NCBI GenBank assembly: GCA_024710805.1
Contig: JANJUB010000168.1
Span: 929-64,928 of the forward strand
Length of the DNA stretch: 64,000 bases
Source of the DNA: Fimbriimonadaceae bacterium
GTDB lineage: Bacteria; Armatimonadota; Fimbriimonadia; Fimbriimonadales; Fimbriimonadaceae
Reading direction: 5' to 3'
The notes beneath the pieces are model-generated. The model did no database searches and was not told where the DNA came from. It worked only from the letters and a program-made list of their open reading frames with translations. How positions within the stretch are numbered: position 1 is the first letter of the stretch; each line of letters begins with the position of its first letter. Made by a program: the position numbers and the translations under genes. This document shows, piece by piece, positions 26,023 to 35,108 of the stretch.

Positions 26023-28978
26023 GTGGATCGCCCTGGTCGCGGTGCTGGGCGCACTGATCGCCAGCCCACGAACTCAGGGGTTCAAACCCAACCGCGAACT
26101 TCCCTACGTTCCCCCCAAGCGGTGGGCGCTGATGATCGGGGCGGAACAGTACGAGCACTACGCGCCTTTGCAGTTTGCCGCCGATGATGCGCGCGCGATG
26201 GGCAAGACGCTCGTCGAGTCGTATCGATTCGATCCCGCCAATGTCTCTGTCCTCGCTGACGACGCTCAGGGTCCCGCTCCAACGGTGGCCAACATCCGGA
26301 AGCGGCTGGATGAGACCCTCGCGAATCCCCAACTCGACCGCGGCGATCTCTTCGTGTTCTACTTTTCGGGACACGGAGCCGGAGGCACGTCGGGTGACTA
26401 CCTGCTGCCCACCGACACGAAACGCGAGACTTTCGAGCAACAGGGCCTTCCGGTCCGCGAGGTGCTGGACCGCATCGTCAAGGCGGGGCTCAAGAACGTG
26501 CTCATCATTGCGGACGCCTGCCGAAGCGGCCAGGAAAACCCGTTCGGGCAGGAACTGCAGGAACTCGGCAAGCGGGCGAACATCGCGGTCGTCCTCGGTT
26601 GCGCGCCGGGGACGCGCTCCTACGAGTATCCGAACTTTCAACGCGGCATCTTCACCCACTTCTTGATACGCGCGCTGAGCCAACAGGAGCCGAAAGAGGC
26701 AGGCACGGGTGCGCTGTGGGCCTCGGCGGTGGCTAAGCGGGTGCAGAAGGAGGTTGCCGAGCGCACGGAGCGGGACTACGGCATCAACGCGCAACGCCCG
26801 GCAGTTTGGTCAGAACCCACGCAGGATGTTCTGATCGGGGCGTTTGTGCCCGAATCGCTCGCGACGGAGAACCTCAAGACCTTCGAGGAACAGGCCGCCA
26901 AGCTGAATCAACAGAACTACGCCAAGGCGCTCGCGACCTACGCCGAAGCCCTCTACGAGCAAGACCGCTATGCCGAAGCGATCCAGCTGTTCAAGACGCT
27001 CGACGGCATCGGCGAGATGACCCCCGCAGAGCGCTACTCCTACGCGATGAGCCTTCGCTTTGCGGATCGCTATACGGAGGCCGTCCGCGCCTTCGATGAA
27101 CTAGAGAAGTCCGATCACCTGGTCTATTCCAAGCTCGCCGTAGCCTCAAATCCCACGCGAATGATGCCGGTCACCAAGCGGATCGCGGCCGCGCAGGATC
27201 TGTGGCGTCAGACAAAGCAAGCGGATTTTGCGCTTCTCGGACTAGCGGTGATCCAGCGGCTCGGCGAAGATCAGCAGCTTGCCGACTTTCTCGGAGAAGT
27301 GCTGGAAGCCAAGGTGCTCGACGATCACCGGGCCGCCTACGCAGAAGGGGCGCGGGCGGTCGCACTCGGCCAGACCAAGGAAGCCATCGCGGCCTACGAG
27401 CGGTGCATCGCCACGGAAGGAGGCACCCTCGCCGAAGCCGCAAGGCTATGGCTGTGGACGCTGTATCGCCAGGCCGCCGACTTTGCGGCGATGTCTAGGT
27501 TGGCGGCACAGGCCCCCGCCGCCGACAAGGCGACCTGGCATTACCTCGCCGCATCGCTGGCGCTTGAGCGGGGCGACCGCGCGGGCTTCCTTAGCGAGTC
27601 GAAGATGTCTCTGATCGCGGGCCCCGGACCGGAGATCATGCAGGCGATCATCCGCGAGGGGGGCATCGAGACGTTCCAGTTTGCCGACGAGATCATCGCG
27701 GCTGCGGATCGACACCCCTACTCGTGGCGAGCCCTCATGGTCAAGGCCTTCGCGGAGAGTGTGAAGGCCTCGCCCGAGGAGCGCCAAGCCAAAGTGGCCG
27801 AGCGGCTTCAGGAAGCAATGAAGTACGCGGACGACCCGCTCGGTGCATTTGCGACGATGGTCAGTCTGCTCGACATCCTGCTCGAAGAGCTCCATGCAAA
27901 GAAGCTGATGCCCGACGAGCAGTACGTCATGCTGCTGACCGCCTACGCCGGCTTTCTCGCCGATGGGATCTCCGACATGGGCCAAGACCCGGAACTGTGG
28001 TTCATCACGGTTTACATGGGTTTGCGCACCCAACGCGCCGTGCAGCTCCGAGCCAAGATGCTCGCTCACCTAGGACCTCAGATCGAAAGCAGTGACCTCG
28101 ACCCGGCCGTCCGCAGCCCGCTGTTGCTGGTCGCCATCGCAAGCGGCGACGGTCAGTTGGTGTCGAAGCTGATGAAGGGCAAGTTCGACGCCTACGACGA
28201 GGGCGACGTCCCCTGGTTCTTGGCCGTTCACTACATCGGGAATGGCGACGATGCGGCGCTCAAGGCGCTGATCGCGAAGGCCCCGAGCCCTAGCCGGGAA
28301 CTTCAACCCCTTGCCGAAGCGATCCGAGGCTATCTCGATGCGGTCGAGGGGCGAAAGGCTGAAGCCCTGGCCCGGGCAAACAAGATCGCGACGGACGATC
28401 CGGGACTTGCCGCGATGAAGATTCTCATCCTCAAGCGATTGGACGAAGATGCGACCGCGGTTCTCGCCGCGGCAAGCAACGTCGAGAGCTGGCGTTACCT
28501 GCCGCTGAACCTTCGCGTTCTTCGCGAGCATCTCAGTTCACCAACGATCTCTGAGGAGGACCGCGTGCGGCTCATGCTGCCCGTCACCGCCCACACGGGA
28601 AACCCGCTTGCCCACGAGTTATCGTTCTTGAGCGAGCCCGACATCAAGGCATTTGCGGGCACCTATCGGAAGCGCGCGGTCGCTTGGGACGACGAGATGA
28701 CTCAGACACTCTGGGACTTCTCGATGACCGTGAACGATAAGGGAGAAGCGAAAGGCACGCTGGGAGAGATCGCGTTCGAGGGCAGGGTCGATGCCTACGG
28801 AAACCTCACTGCAACCGCCGCCTACCAAGGGAGAACGTGGAGCATCAACTCCAAGCTGTGTCCTGCGTCGATCGCGGCCAAGGTGCCCGAGACGGCGACA
28901 TTCGGCTTCGCATTTCAGCTGATCGACCCCAAGGGAGTCCGCATCGCCGCCTATCTGGTGGACCTCCCCAAGCAGTAA
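25976..28978 (+). CDS. Caspase-family (peptidase C14, orthocaspase) domain protein with a ~750-aa helical-repeat (TPR-like) C-terminal region
   Basis: It has a signal or anchor (MMKRRKRRMTSLLRFRWIALVAVLGALIA). The catalytic dyad context is FYFSGHGAG (His) and LIIADACRSGQ (Cys). The remainder is Ala/Leu-rich helical repeats. It overlaps the upstream gene by 47 nt. Confidence 0.8.
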   Translation: MMKRRKRRMTSLLRFRWIALVAVLGALIASPRTQGFKPNRELPYVPPKRWALMIGAEQYEHYAPLQFAADDARAMGKTLVESYRFDPANVSVLADDAQGPAPTVANIRKRLDETLANPQLDRGDLFVFYFSGHGAGGTSGDYLLPTDTKRETFEQQGLPVREVLDRIVKAGLKNVLIIADACRSGQENPFGQELQELGKRANIAVVLGCAPGTRSYEYPNFQRGIFTHFLIRALSQQEPKEAGTGALWASAVAKRVQKEVAERTERDYGINAQRPAVWSEPTQDVLIGAFVPESLATENLKTFEEQAAKLNQQNYAKALATYAEALYEQDRYAEAIQLFKTLDGIGEMTPAERYSYAMSLRFADRYTEAVRAFDELEKSDHLVYSKLAVASNPTRMMPVTKRIAAAQDLWRQTKQADFALLGLAVIQRLGEDQQLADFLGEVLEAKVLDDHRAAYAEGARAVALGQTKEAIAAYERCIATEGGTLAEAARLWLWTLYRQAADFAAMSRLAAQAPAADKATWHYLAASLALERGDRAGFLSESKMSLIAGPGPEIMQAIIREGGIETFQFADEIIAAADRHPYSWRALMVKAFAESVKASPEERQAKVAERLQEAMKYADDPLGAFATMVSLLDILLEELHAKKLMPDEQYVMLLTAYAGFLADGISDMGQDPELWFITVYMGLRTQRAVQLRAKMLAHLGPQIESSDLDPAVRSPLLLVAIASGDGQLVSKLMKGKFDAYDEGDVPWFLAVHYIGNGDDAALKALIAKAPSPSRELQPLAEAIRGYLDAVEGRKAEALARANKIATDDPGLAAMKILILKRLDEDATAVLAAASNVESWRYLPLNLRVLREHLSSPTISEEDRVRLMLPVTAHTGNPLAHELSFLSEPDIKAFAGTYRKRAVAWDDEMTQTLWDFSMTVNDKGEAKGTLGEIAFEGRVDAYGNLTATAAYQGRTWSINSKLCPASIAAKVPETATFGFAFQLIDPKGVRIAAYLVDLPKQ

Positions 28979-29011
28979 CCCCAGCCCCGGAACTACAATT
29001 GAAGTGATCTC

Positions 29012-30112
29012 ATGAGAGTCCCCTTTTACGACATCAAGGCTCAGTATCTGGAACTGCAGGAAGAGCTGGACCGAATCACCCATGAGGTCTTGAGTTCGGG
29101 CGCATACGCCCCCGGGAAGTACGTGCAGGCGCTCGAGCAAGAAGTCGCGAGCCAGCACGGATGCAAGCACGGTATCGCCGTCAACAGCGGTACCGACGCC
29201 CTGCGCATTCTCATGGACGCGGCCGAGATCGGCGCAGGCGACGAGGTCATCACGACCGCCTTCACATTTGTGGCGAGCGTCGAAACGATCGTCCAAACCG
29301 GGGCGACGCCGGTCTTCGTCGATATCGACCCGATCATGATGCAGATCGATCCATCTCTGATCGAGACTGCGATCACGCCACGCACCAAGGCGATCCTGCC
29401 GATCCACTTGTTCGGGCAGCTCTGCCCGATCCGAAAGGTTCAGGCGATCGCGGAGAGATATGGTCTGACGATTCTCGAAGACGCCGCCCAGGCACTCCAC
29501 TCCCACCACAAGGGAACCTACGCAGGCAACTTCGGGCGCGGGGCGGGCATCAGCTTCTATGTCACGAAGAACCTCGGCGCGGCCGGTGATGGCGGAATGA
29601 TCATCACCAACGACGACGAGATCGCCGAGCGCAGCCGATCGATGCGCGTCCACGGAATGGGCCGTGAGCGTTACTACTACGACTACTTGGGCTACACCAG
29701 CCGCCTCGATGAGATTCAAGGGGCCATCTTGCTGACCAAGCTCGGCCGCGTCCCCGCCTGGAACGACCGGCGCGGTGAACTAGCGGCCATCTACCACGAG
29801 GTGTTGAAGGGAACCAAAGGGCTGTCCTTGCCCCAGTTGCTGCCCGGCAACAACACCACCAACCACCAGTTCACAGTTCAGCTGGACCGCCGTGACGAAC
29901 TGCAGGCCTTCCTCAAGGAGCGGGAGATCGACAGCATGATCTACTACCCCGTGCCGATCCACTTCCACGCACCGTACCAGCACCTCGCCGCCCGTGGCAG
30001 TTTGCCGGTAACCGAGCGAGTCTCCAATCGAGTCCTGAGTCTGCCGATCCACCCCCACCTGTCGGATGAGCAAGTTCGCCACGCCGCCGAGACGATTCGT
30101 TCGTTCTTCTAG
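29012..30112 (+). CDS. DegT/DnrJ/EryC1/StrS-family PLP-dependent sugar aminotransferase
   Basis: NSGTDALRI, ITTAFTFVASV, DAAQALHS and FYVTKNLGAAGDGG (PLP-Lys region) are typical of the family. Confidence 0.9.
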   Translation: MRVPFYDIKAQYLELQEELDRITHEVLSSGAYAPGKYVQALEQEVASQHGCKHGIAVNSGTDALRILMDAAEIGAGDEVITTAFTFVASVETIVQTGATPVFVDIDPIMMQIDPSLIETAITPRTKAILPIHLFGQLCPIRKVQAIAERYGLTILEDAAQALHSHHKGTYAGNFGRGAGISFYVTKNLGAAGDGGMIITNDDEIAERSRSMRVHGMGRERYYYDYLGYTSRLDEIQGAILLTKLGRVPAWNDRRGELAAIYHEVLKGTKGLSLPQLLPGNNTTNHQFTVQLDRRDELQAFLKEREIDSMIYYPVPIHFHAPYQHLAARGSLPVTERVSNRVLSLPIHPHLSDEQVRHAAETIRSFF

Positions 30113-30956
30113 CCTCCTGCTGGTCCTGTTCATCGGCGGCTGTGCCTCTGATGTTGCGGAGAGTTCCAAGCCGCCGGTGCCCGAAGGCATGGTGTGGATT
30201 CCCGGTGGCACATTCACGATGGGCGACAACGGGGGATTCCCCGACGAGCGACCCGCGCATGAGCGCACGGTCGCTGGGTTCTTCATGGATCGCCACGAGG
30301 TCACCAACCAGCAGTTTGCTGAGTTCGTCGCGGCAACGGGTTATGTAACCGTCGCCGAGCGCCCCCTCGATCCAAAGGACTTCCCCGATCTTCCCTCTGA
30401 CCAGCGCAAGCCCGGTGCCCTCGTCATCGATGGCACCGATTGGGAATACGTCCCCGGAGCGAACTGGCGGCACCCGCAGGGTCCGGGGAGCGGTATCGAC
30501 GACCGGATGGATCATCCGGTCGTGCAAGTGGCATGGGACGATGCCGTCGCCTATGCCAAGTGGGCGGGAAAGCGGTTGCCGACCGAAGCGGAGTGGGAGT
30601 ACGCAGCCCGGGCGGGGTCGCGCCAGCGGTACATCTGGGGAGAAGCCGAACCGGCGGGCCAGGCCAATACCGGGGTGGGCGACACGTTCACCCTCACCGC
30701 CCCCGTTCAGACCTACGGGGCCAATGCCCTCGGCCTCTATGATATGGCGGGCAATGTTTGGGAGTGGTGCGCCGACTCCTACGACCCGACGGCATACGCG
30801 AAGCCAGGCCAACTGAAAGAGAACGATGAGAAAGTCATGCGCGGTGGCTCGTTCCTCTGCTTTCCCGAGACCTGCCAAGGCTATCGCCCCTCCGCGCGAA
30901 TGAAATCAACCCGCGACACCGGGCTGATGCACGTCGGTTTTCGCTGCGTCCGCTAG
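30066..30956 (+). CDS. Formylglycine-generating enzyme (SUMF1/FGE-type) lipoprotein
   Basis: Lipobox LFIGGC. Motifs: MVWIPGGTFTMG, ERPAHERTVAGFFMDRHEVTN, RLPTEAEWEYAARAG, NVWEWC, RGGSF. Confidence 0.9.
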   Translation: MSKFATPPRRFVRSSSLLLVLFIGGCASDVAESSKPPVPEGMVWIPGGTFTMGDNGGFPDERPAHERTVAGFFMDRHEVTNQQFAEFVAATGYVTVAERPLDPKDFPDLPSDQRKPGALVIDGTDWEYVPGANWRHPQGPGSGIDDRMDHPVVQVAWDDAVAYAKWAGKRLPTEAEWEYAARAGSRQRYIWGEAEPAGQANTGVGDTFTLTAPVQTYGANALGLYDMAGNVWEWCADSYDPTAYAKPGQLKENDEKVMRGGSFLCFPETCQGYRPSARMKSTRDTGLMHVGFRCVR

Positions 30957-32405
30957 CTACTTGATTGGCGAGTCGACCCCTGGCAAGGGAAAGTTGGGAT
31001 TCGGCCGATGCTCGAGAGCAAAGAACCGCTCCGCTCGCCGGACAAGGTCCGGCCGGGAAGCGGCCAGATCCGTCTTCTCAGCGGGATCCATATCGAGATC
31101 GTAGATCTCGATGCTCTTGTTGCCTTGGGCCAGCCGCGGACGGATCGCTTTCCATCGGTCATCGAAGATCGCGGCCAGGAACCCGCCATTCTCCGGAAAC
31201 TCGAAGTACAGCTCTTTGCGCCGGCTTGAGGCCCCACCCCGCCAAACCGCCAACTGGTTCTGGCCATCGTGGCTGCCTGGCCGGAAGCCAGCCACGGCGG
31301 CCAACGTCGGCATCAGATCCGGTGCGTAGCTCACCTGATCCAGCACCCGCCCCGCTGGCACCTGCCCGGGCCACCGAACGAGCATCGGCATGCGGATTCC
31401 ACCTTCGTAGCCCGTCGACTTGGTACCGCGTAGCCCGGCGCTTGAGTTGAAGAACGCACGGTCGACCTGGCCAAGGAAGGTCGGCCCATTATCGCTGGTA
31501 AAGATGATCAGCGTGCTGTCGAGCTTGCCAGTCCTCTCCAGCGTATCGAGAATCGCTCCCACGCTGGTGTCGAGAGCCGAGATCATGGCTGCGTAGGTCG
31601 CTCTCGGACGCTTGGCCGGCACGTATCCGTTCTGCCCGAGGTACGGCTCAGGGTCCCACTCGAGGGGGAACTTGGCCACCTCGTCGGGGGGCGCTTGCAG
31701 CGACACATGCGGCATCGGGCTCGCATAGTAAAGGAAGAACGGTCTCTCCTTCTGAAGCTCGATCCACTTCACCGCATGGGCGCGCAGCTCGTGCTCGGCA
31801 AACTGCTTACCGACAAACGTCGCGAAGGTCTCATCCGTTGCCTGCTCTTCCGTGATCTTCACGCTCGGCCGGAAGTAGCGGTTCCCGGTGAGCAGGTGCA
31901 CGTCGGAGTTGTGCCAGAGATAGGCGGGATAGAGATTGTGCGCCTGACGCTGGCAGAGATACCCAAAGAAGGTATCGAAGCCTTGATTGTTGGGGTGACC
32001 CTCGCTGCCGGGGGCGCCGAGGCCCCACTTACCGATGGCGGCGGTGGCATAGCCTCGCTCCTTGAACCCCTCGGCGATCGTGCGCTCGGCCGCAGGGAGT
32101 GACATCTGACCCTCGCCCGAATTGAGCTCCCAACCGCCGACCTCCTTGTTTCCGCGAATCGGAGACCGGCCCGTATGCTTCCCGGTCAATAGCGACGCTC
32201 GCGAAGGAGCGCACACCGGACTGGCCGTGTAGAACCGGGTGAAACGGGTTCCTTCTTTCGCCAGCCGATCGAGGTTCGGCGTCGGCACCTTCTGCTGCCC
32301 GTACGCGCCGACCTCACCGATGCCCAGGTCGTCGGCAAAGATGAGAACGACGTTTGGCGGAGCGGCGACGGCAACGGCAACGAGCGCGGCAAGCATGCGA
32401 CGCAT
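30957..32405 (-). CDS. Arylsulfatase (type I sulfatase with a Cys-type FGly motif)
   Basis: Start ATG at 32405 (MRRMLAALVAVAV...). NVVLIFADDLG and SPVCAPSRASLLTGK (the C-x-P-x-R FGE target) are present, followed by GKWGLG and later TSDNGP. Confidence 0.9.
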   Translation of the reverse strand: MRRMLAALVAVAVAAPPNVVLIFADDLGIGEVGAYGQQKVPTPNLDRLAKEGTRFTRFYTASPVCAPSRASLLTGKHTGRSPIRGNKEVGGWELNSGEGQMSLPAAERTIAEGFKERGYATAAIGKWGLGAPGSEGHPNNQGFDTFFGYLCQRQAHNLYPAYLWHNSDVHLLTGNRYFRPSVKITEEQATDETFATFVGKQFAEHELRAHAVKWIELQKERPFFLYYASPMPHVSLQAPPDEVAKFPLEWDPEPYLGQNGYVPAKRPRATYAAMISALDTSVGAILDTLERTGKLDSTLIIFTSDNGPTFLGQVDRAFFNSSAGLRGTKSTGYEGGIRMPMLVRWPGQVPAGRVLDQVSYAPDLMPTLAAVAGFRPGSHDGQNQLAVWRGGASSRRKELYFEFPENGGFLAAIFDDRWKAIRPRLAQGNKSIEIYDLDMDPAEKTDLAASRPDLVRRAERFFALEHRPNPNFPLPGVDSPIK

Positions 32406-32479
32406 TCTACGCGAGGTTTCTAAAACAGAAGGGCCGCGACGAGTCGCGGCCCTGGCTGTCGTTTGTTGGAGGGTAGAAG

Positions 32480-32740
32480 CTAATTCTTCTTGGGGGTGGG
32501 GATGCTCGGCGACTTGGCGAACTTCGCAGGGTCCTTGCTGAAGGCCGGCTTGCAACCGGCGCAGCAGAAGAAGTAGCGGCGCCCCTTGTAATCGGCGAAC
32601 ATCTTCTCCTTCGTCGCCTTAGCGATGTTGACCTTGTGGTCCGACATGACCGGGCAAGGAAGTTCCTTCGGGGTCTTCGTCTGGGCGAGGACGCTGGTCG
32701 AGATTCCGAGAACGAGGGCAAGACAGAGAAGCTGCTTCAT
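32480..32740 (-). CDS. Small secreted YHS/TRASH-like Cys-motif protein
   Basis: It has a signal peptide, then PCPVMSDHKV...RYFFCCAGCKPAFSKDP, which resembles YHS-domain metal-binding modules. Confidence 0.65.
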   Translation of the reverse strand: MKQLLCLALVLGISTSVLAQTKTPKELPCPVMSDHKVNIAKATKEKMFADYKGRRYFFCCAGCKPAFSKDPAKFAKSPSIPTPKKN

Positions 32741-32815
32741 CAGATTAGTATTACACCACCGAACGGGTTTCCATTACAATCAATGCAATCGGCAGCGCAA
32801 TCGTGCCCAAAACTG

Positions 32816-33523
32816 ATGCGAATTCTCCACACCAATGATTTCCACGGAACGCTCGATCCGTCGCGCGTGGAACGCTTGCGACAACTCAAGGCCGAGCGCG
32901 TCGACACCTTGTACTTCGACAGTGGCGACGCCATCCGTACGGGCAACCTCGGGGTCCCACTTCGACCCGAGGTCGCGTGGGAGCGGCTGGCCGAAGCCGG
33001 GTGCGACGCCAGCGTTCTCGGGAACCGCGAGACCCACATCTTGCCCTCGGCCTTTCGGGCAAAACTTGAGGGCCATCGTCATCCCGTGCTGTGCGCAAAC
33101 CTGGTGGCCAAAGACGGTAAGCCCCCGCTGCCTCCTTGGGTCATCCTCGACTGCGGCGGAACCCGCGTTGGGGTGTTCGGCGTGATGGTCCCGATGGTGA
33201 CGCGCCGGATGAAGACTCAAGCGGCCAGCGCCTACCTTTGGGATGACCCGGTCGAGACCGCTCAAGAGTCGGTTGCCGTTCTGCGCGATCAAGTCGATGT
33301 GATCGTCGCGCTCACCCACATCGGTCACCGCAAAGATCAGGCGCTCGCCGAAGCCGTTCCTGGCATCGACATCATCCTTGGCGGGCATTCGCACACCGAG
33401 TTAAGGGAGCCCGAGCGCGTCGGTAACACGTGGATCGCCCAAGGTGGCTCACACGGGCACTATGTTGGGGTCTACGAATGGGAAAACGGACGGCTCACGG
33501 GCGGATTGCGGACGTTCGACTAG
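32816..33523 (+). CDS. Calcineurin-like metallophosphoesterase (5'-nucleotidase N-terminal-domain type)
   Basis: MRILHTNDFHG, DSGDA, GNRE and GGHSH motifs appear in the canonical order. Start ATG at 32816 (alternative ATG at 32783). Confidence 0.75.
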   Translation: MRILHTNDFHGTLDPSRVERLRQLKAERVDTLYFDSGDAIRTGNLGVPLRPEVAWERLAEAGCDASVLGNRETHILPSAFRAKLEGHRHPVLCANLVAKDGKPPLPPWVILDCGGTRVGVFGVMVPMVTRRMKTQAASAYLWDDPVETAQESVAVLRDQVDVIVALTHIGHRKDQALAEAVPGIDIILGGHSHTELREPERVGNTWIAQGGSHGHYVGVYEWENGRLTGGLRTFD

Positions 33524-33538
33524 CGGGTTGGGGTGGCA

Positions 33539-33569
33539 ACAGACGGCAGGGCACGAGACATCCCCGCCC
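33539..33569 (+). repeat. Family-A repeat, direct copy 1 (31 bp)
   Basis: acagacggcagggcacgagacatccccgccc, identical to 33588-33618. Internal hairpin GGCAGGG-CACGAGACAT-CCCCGCC. Confidence 0.8.
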
Positions 33570-33587
33570 AACGTCGCGTTTCCCGCT

Positions 33588-33618
33588 ACAGACGGCAGGG
33601 CACGAGACATCCCCGCCC
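33588..33618 (+). repeat. Family-A repeat, direct copy 2 (31 bp, perfect)
   Basis: Identical 31-mer located 18 nt after copy 1. Confidence 0.8.
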
Positions 33619-33657
33619 CAAGGTCGGGGTTCCCACCGAGCGATGCTGTAGGATTTT

Positions 33658-33686
33658 GGGGGAGGGATGTGTCGTGCCCTCGCCCC
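33658..33686 (-). repeat. Family-A repeat, inverted copy
   Basis: The reverse complement reads GGGGCGAGGG-CACGACACAT-CCCTCCCCC. Confidence 0.65.
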
Positions 33687-33703
33687 AAATGAGACCAAGT
33701 CCC

Positions 33704-34669
33704 CTAGATCCAGCCGCGACGCCGGAAGTACCAGATCTCTAGCCCCCCGAGAAGCACCATCAGCAGAAGCGCGAACGGGTAGCCCCACGCCCAGTGCAGT
33801 TCCGGCATCCGCTGGAAGTTCATCCCGTACACGCCGGCAACGAAGGCCGCGGTCATCAAGACGGTTGAGATCACGGTCAGCGTGCGCATCACCTCGTTCA
33901 GGCTGTTGGAGGTCACCGAGACCTGCGCATCCAGAACCGAGGAAAGGATGTCCCGCTCCATGTCGATGTCCTCGACGATTCGCAGCGTGTGGTCATAAAC
34001 GTCTTGGAAGTACATCCGGTCGTCGGCATCCATGAACACCACGTCCCGACGCAGCAGCCCGTTGAGGATGTCCCTCATCGGGGTCAGATGTTGCCGCATC
34101 ACCAGCAGCCGCCTTTTTAAAACCAGTGCCTCGGTGACGTCTACTTTACGTCCGAGGTAAATCGCGTCTTCTAGGGCGTCAATGCTCTCGCCGAACATAT
34201 CCACCGCCGGGAAGTAGCCATCGACGATCTCATCCAGCAGCGAGTGCATCAGCTTGACCGAGTCGCCGTTCGGCTCCGGACGGGCTGCGCACCGCTCCAA
34301 CCAACTCTCAAGCACGGGCACGGGGTGAGCGGCCACCGTGACGAGCCCGCTTGCGCTTACGAAGAATGCCACTTCGACATAGTGCTCTTGGGCCTGACCT
34401 AAAATGACCGCCGGGGCGACCAGAAAGAGGTCGTCATCGTCGAGCCGAAGCGTCGGGCGCTCGTTGGCACTCAGTGCGTCCTCCACCTCTAACGGATGAA
34501 ATCCAAACTCCTCTTCCAGGTAGATCCGCGTGGCCGCGACGTCTTCGGCCTGGATGTGCAGCCATGCGAACTCTTGATGCCTGTGGTAGGCAGCCAAAAC
34601 TGTCGCCGGATCGGAAGACCCGGGCGATGAGAAGCACACTCCGCGCAAGGTGAATCCGGATGATTCCAC
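33704..34669 (-). CDS. corA: Magnesium/cobalt transporter CorA
   Basis: C-terminal YGMNF signature (VAGVYGMNFQRMPEL) followed by the final TM helix. The start is uncertain. The track ORF extends to 34738 but would overlap the divergent VOC gene, so GTG at 34669 is preferred. Confidence 0.85.
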   Translation of the reverse strand: MESSGFTLRGVCFSSPGSSDPATVLAAYHRHQEFAWLHIQAEDVAATRIYLEEEFGFHPLEVEDALSANERPTLRLDDDDLFLVAPAVILGQAQEHYVEVAFFVSASGLVTVAAHPVPVLESWLERCAARPEPNGDSVKLMHSLLDEIVDGYFPAVDMFGESIDALEDAIYLGRKVDVTEALVLKRRLLVMRQHLTPMRDILNGLLRRDVVFMDADDRMYFQDVYDHTLRIVEDIDMERDILSSVLDAQVSVTSNSLNEVMRTLTVISTVLMTAAFVAGVYGMNFQRMPELHWAWGYPFALLLMVLLGGLEIWYFRRRGWI

Positions 34670-34705
34670 GATGAGAAGACGGCTTGGATCGTGTAAAGTG
34701 GGCGA

Positions 34706-35059
34706 ATGATCAGCGGACTCGGAAAGTCGTGGTGCCAAGTTGATGACATGGCGCGGGCGGTCACCTTTTACCGCGACGCGCTGGGTTTGCAGGTTGGTTT
34801 CGAATCACCGCATTGGACCGAGATTTCGGTCGGAGATGCGGTGATTGCGCTCCATTCGCGGCTGGGTGGAAGCGGCCCCTGCGGCGATGAGGGGCGGGGA
34901 TGGTATCTGGGGGTGATCACCAACGATCTAGAAGCCCTGCGCCCGCGAATTGTTGCTGGCGGCGGGACCGACCATGGTCTCCATGATGTGCCCGGCGGTG
35001 TGGTGCTCACGTTCACCGACCCCGACGGAAATCCGATCCAGGCATTTCAAGCTAAATGA
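34706..35059 (+). CDS. VOC/glyoxalase family protein
   Basis: SWCQVDDMARAVTFYRDALGLQV ... VVLTFTDPDGNPIQAF. Confidence 0.7.
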   Translation: MISGLGKSWCQVDDMARAVTFYRDALGLQVGFESPHWTEISVGDAVIALHSRLGGSGPCGDEGRGWYLGVITNDLEALRPRIVAGGGTDHGLHDVPGGVVLTFTDPDGNPIQAFQAK

Positions 35060-35108
35060 TCGCTAACCCGGTAGGGCATTTCCGGCGAACCTGGGCTATC
35101 TTATAACC

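Noticed and set aside
28619-30878. Minus-strand ORFs 28619..29719 (366 aa) and 29913..30878 (321 aa)
   Set aside because: They are antisense to the DegT aminotransferase and FGE genes, both of which carry clear family motifs. The antisense translations carry none.
33539-33618. Possible mini-CRISPR (two identical 31-bp repeats)
   Set aside because: There are only two direct copies, separated by an 18-nt spacer, which is too short. A third copy is inverted. Related hairpins are scattered singly elsewhere, and no cas genes are present. It fits a REP-like element, not a CRISPR array.
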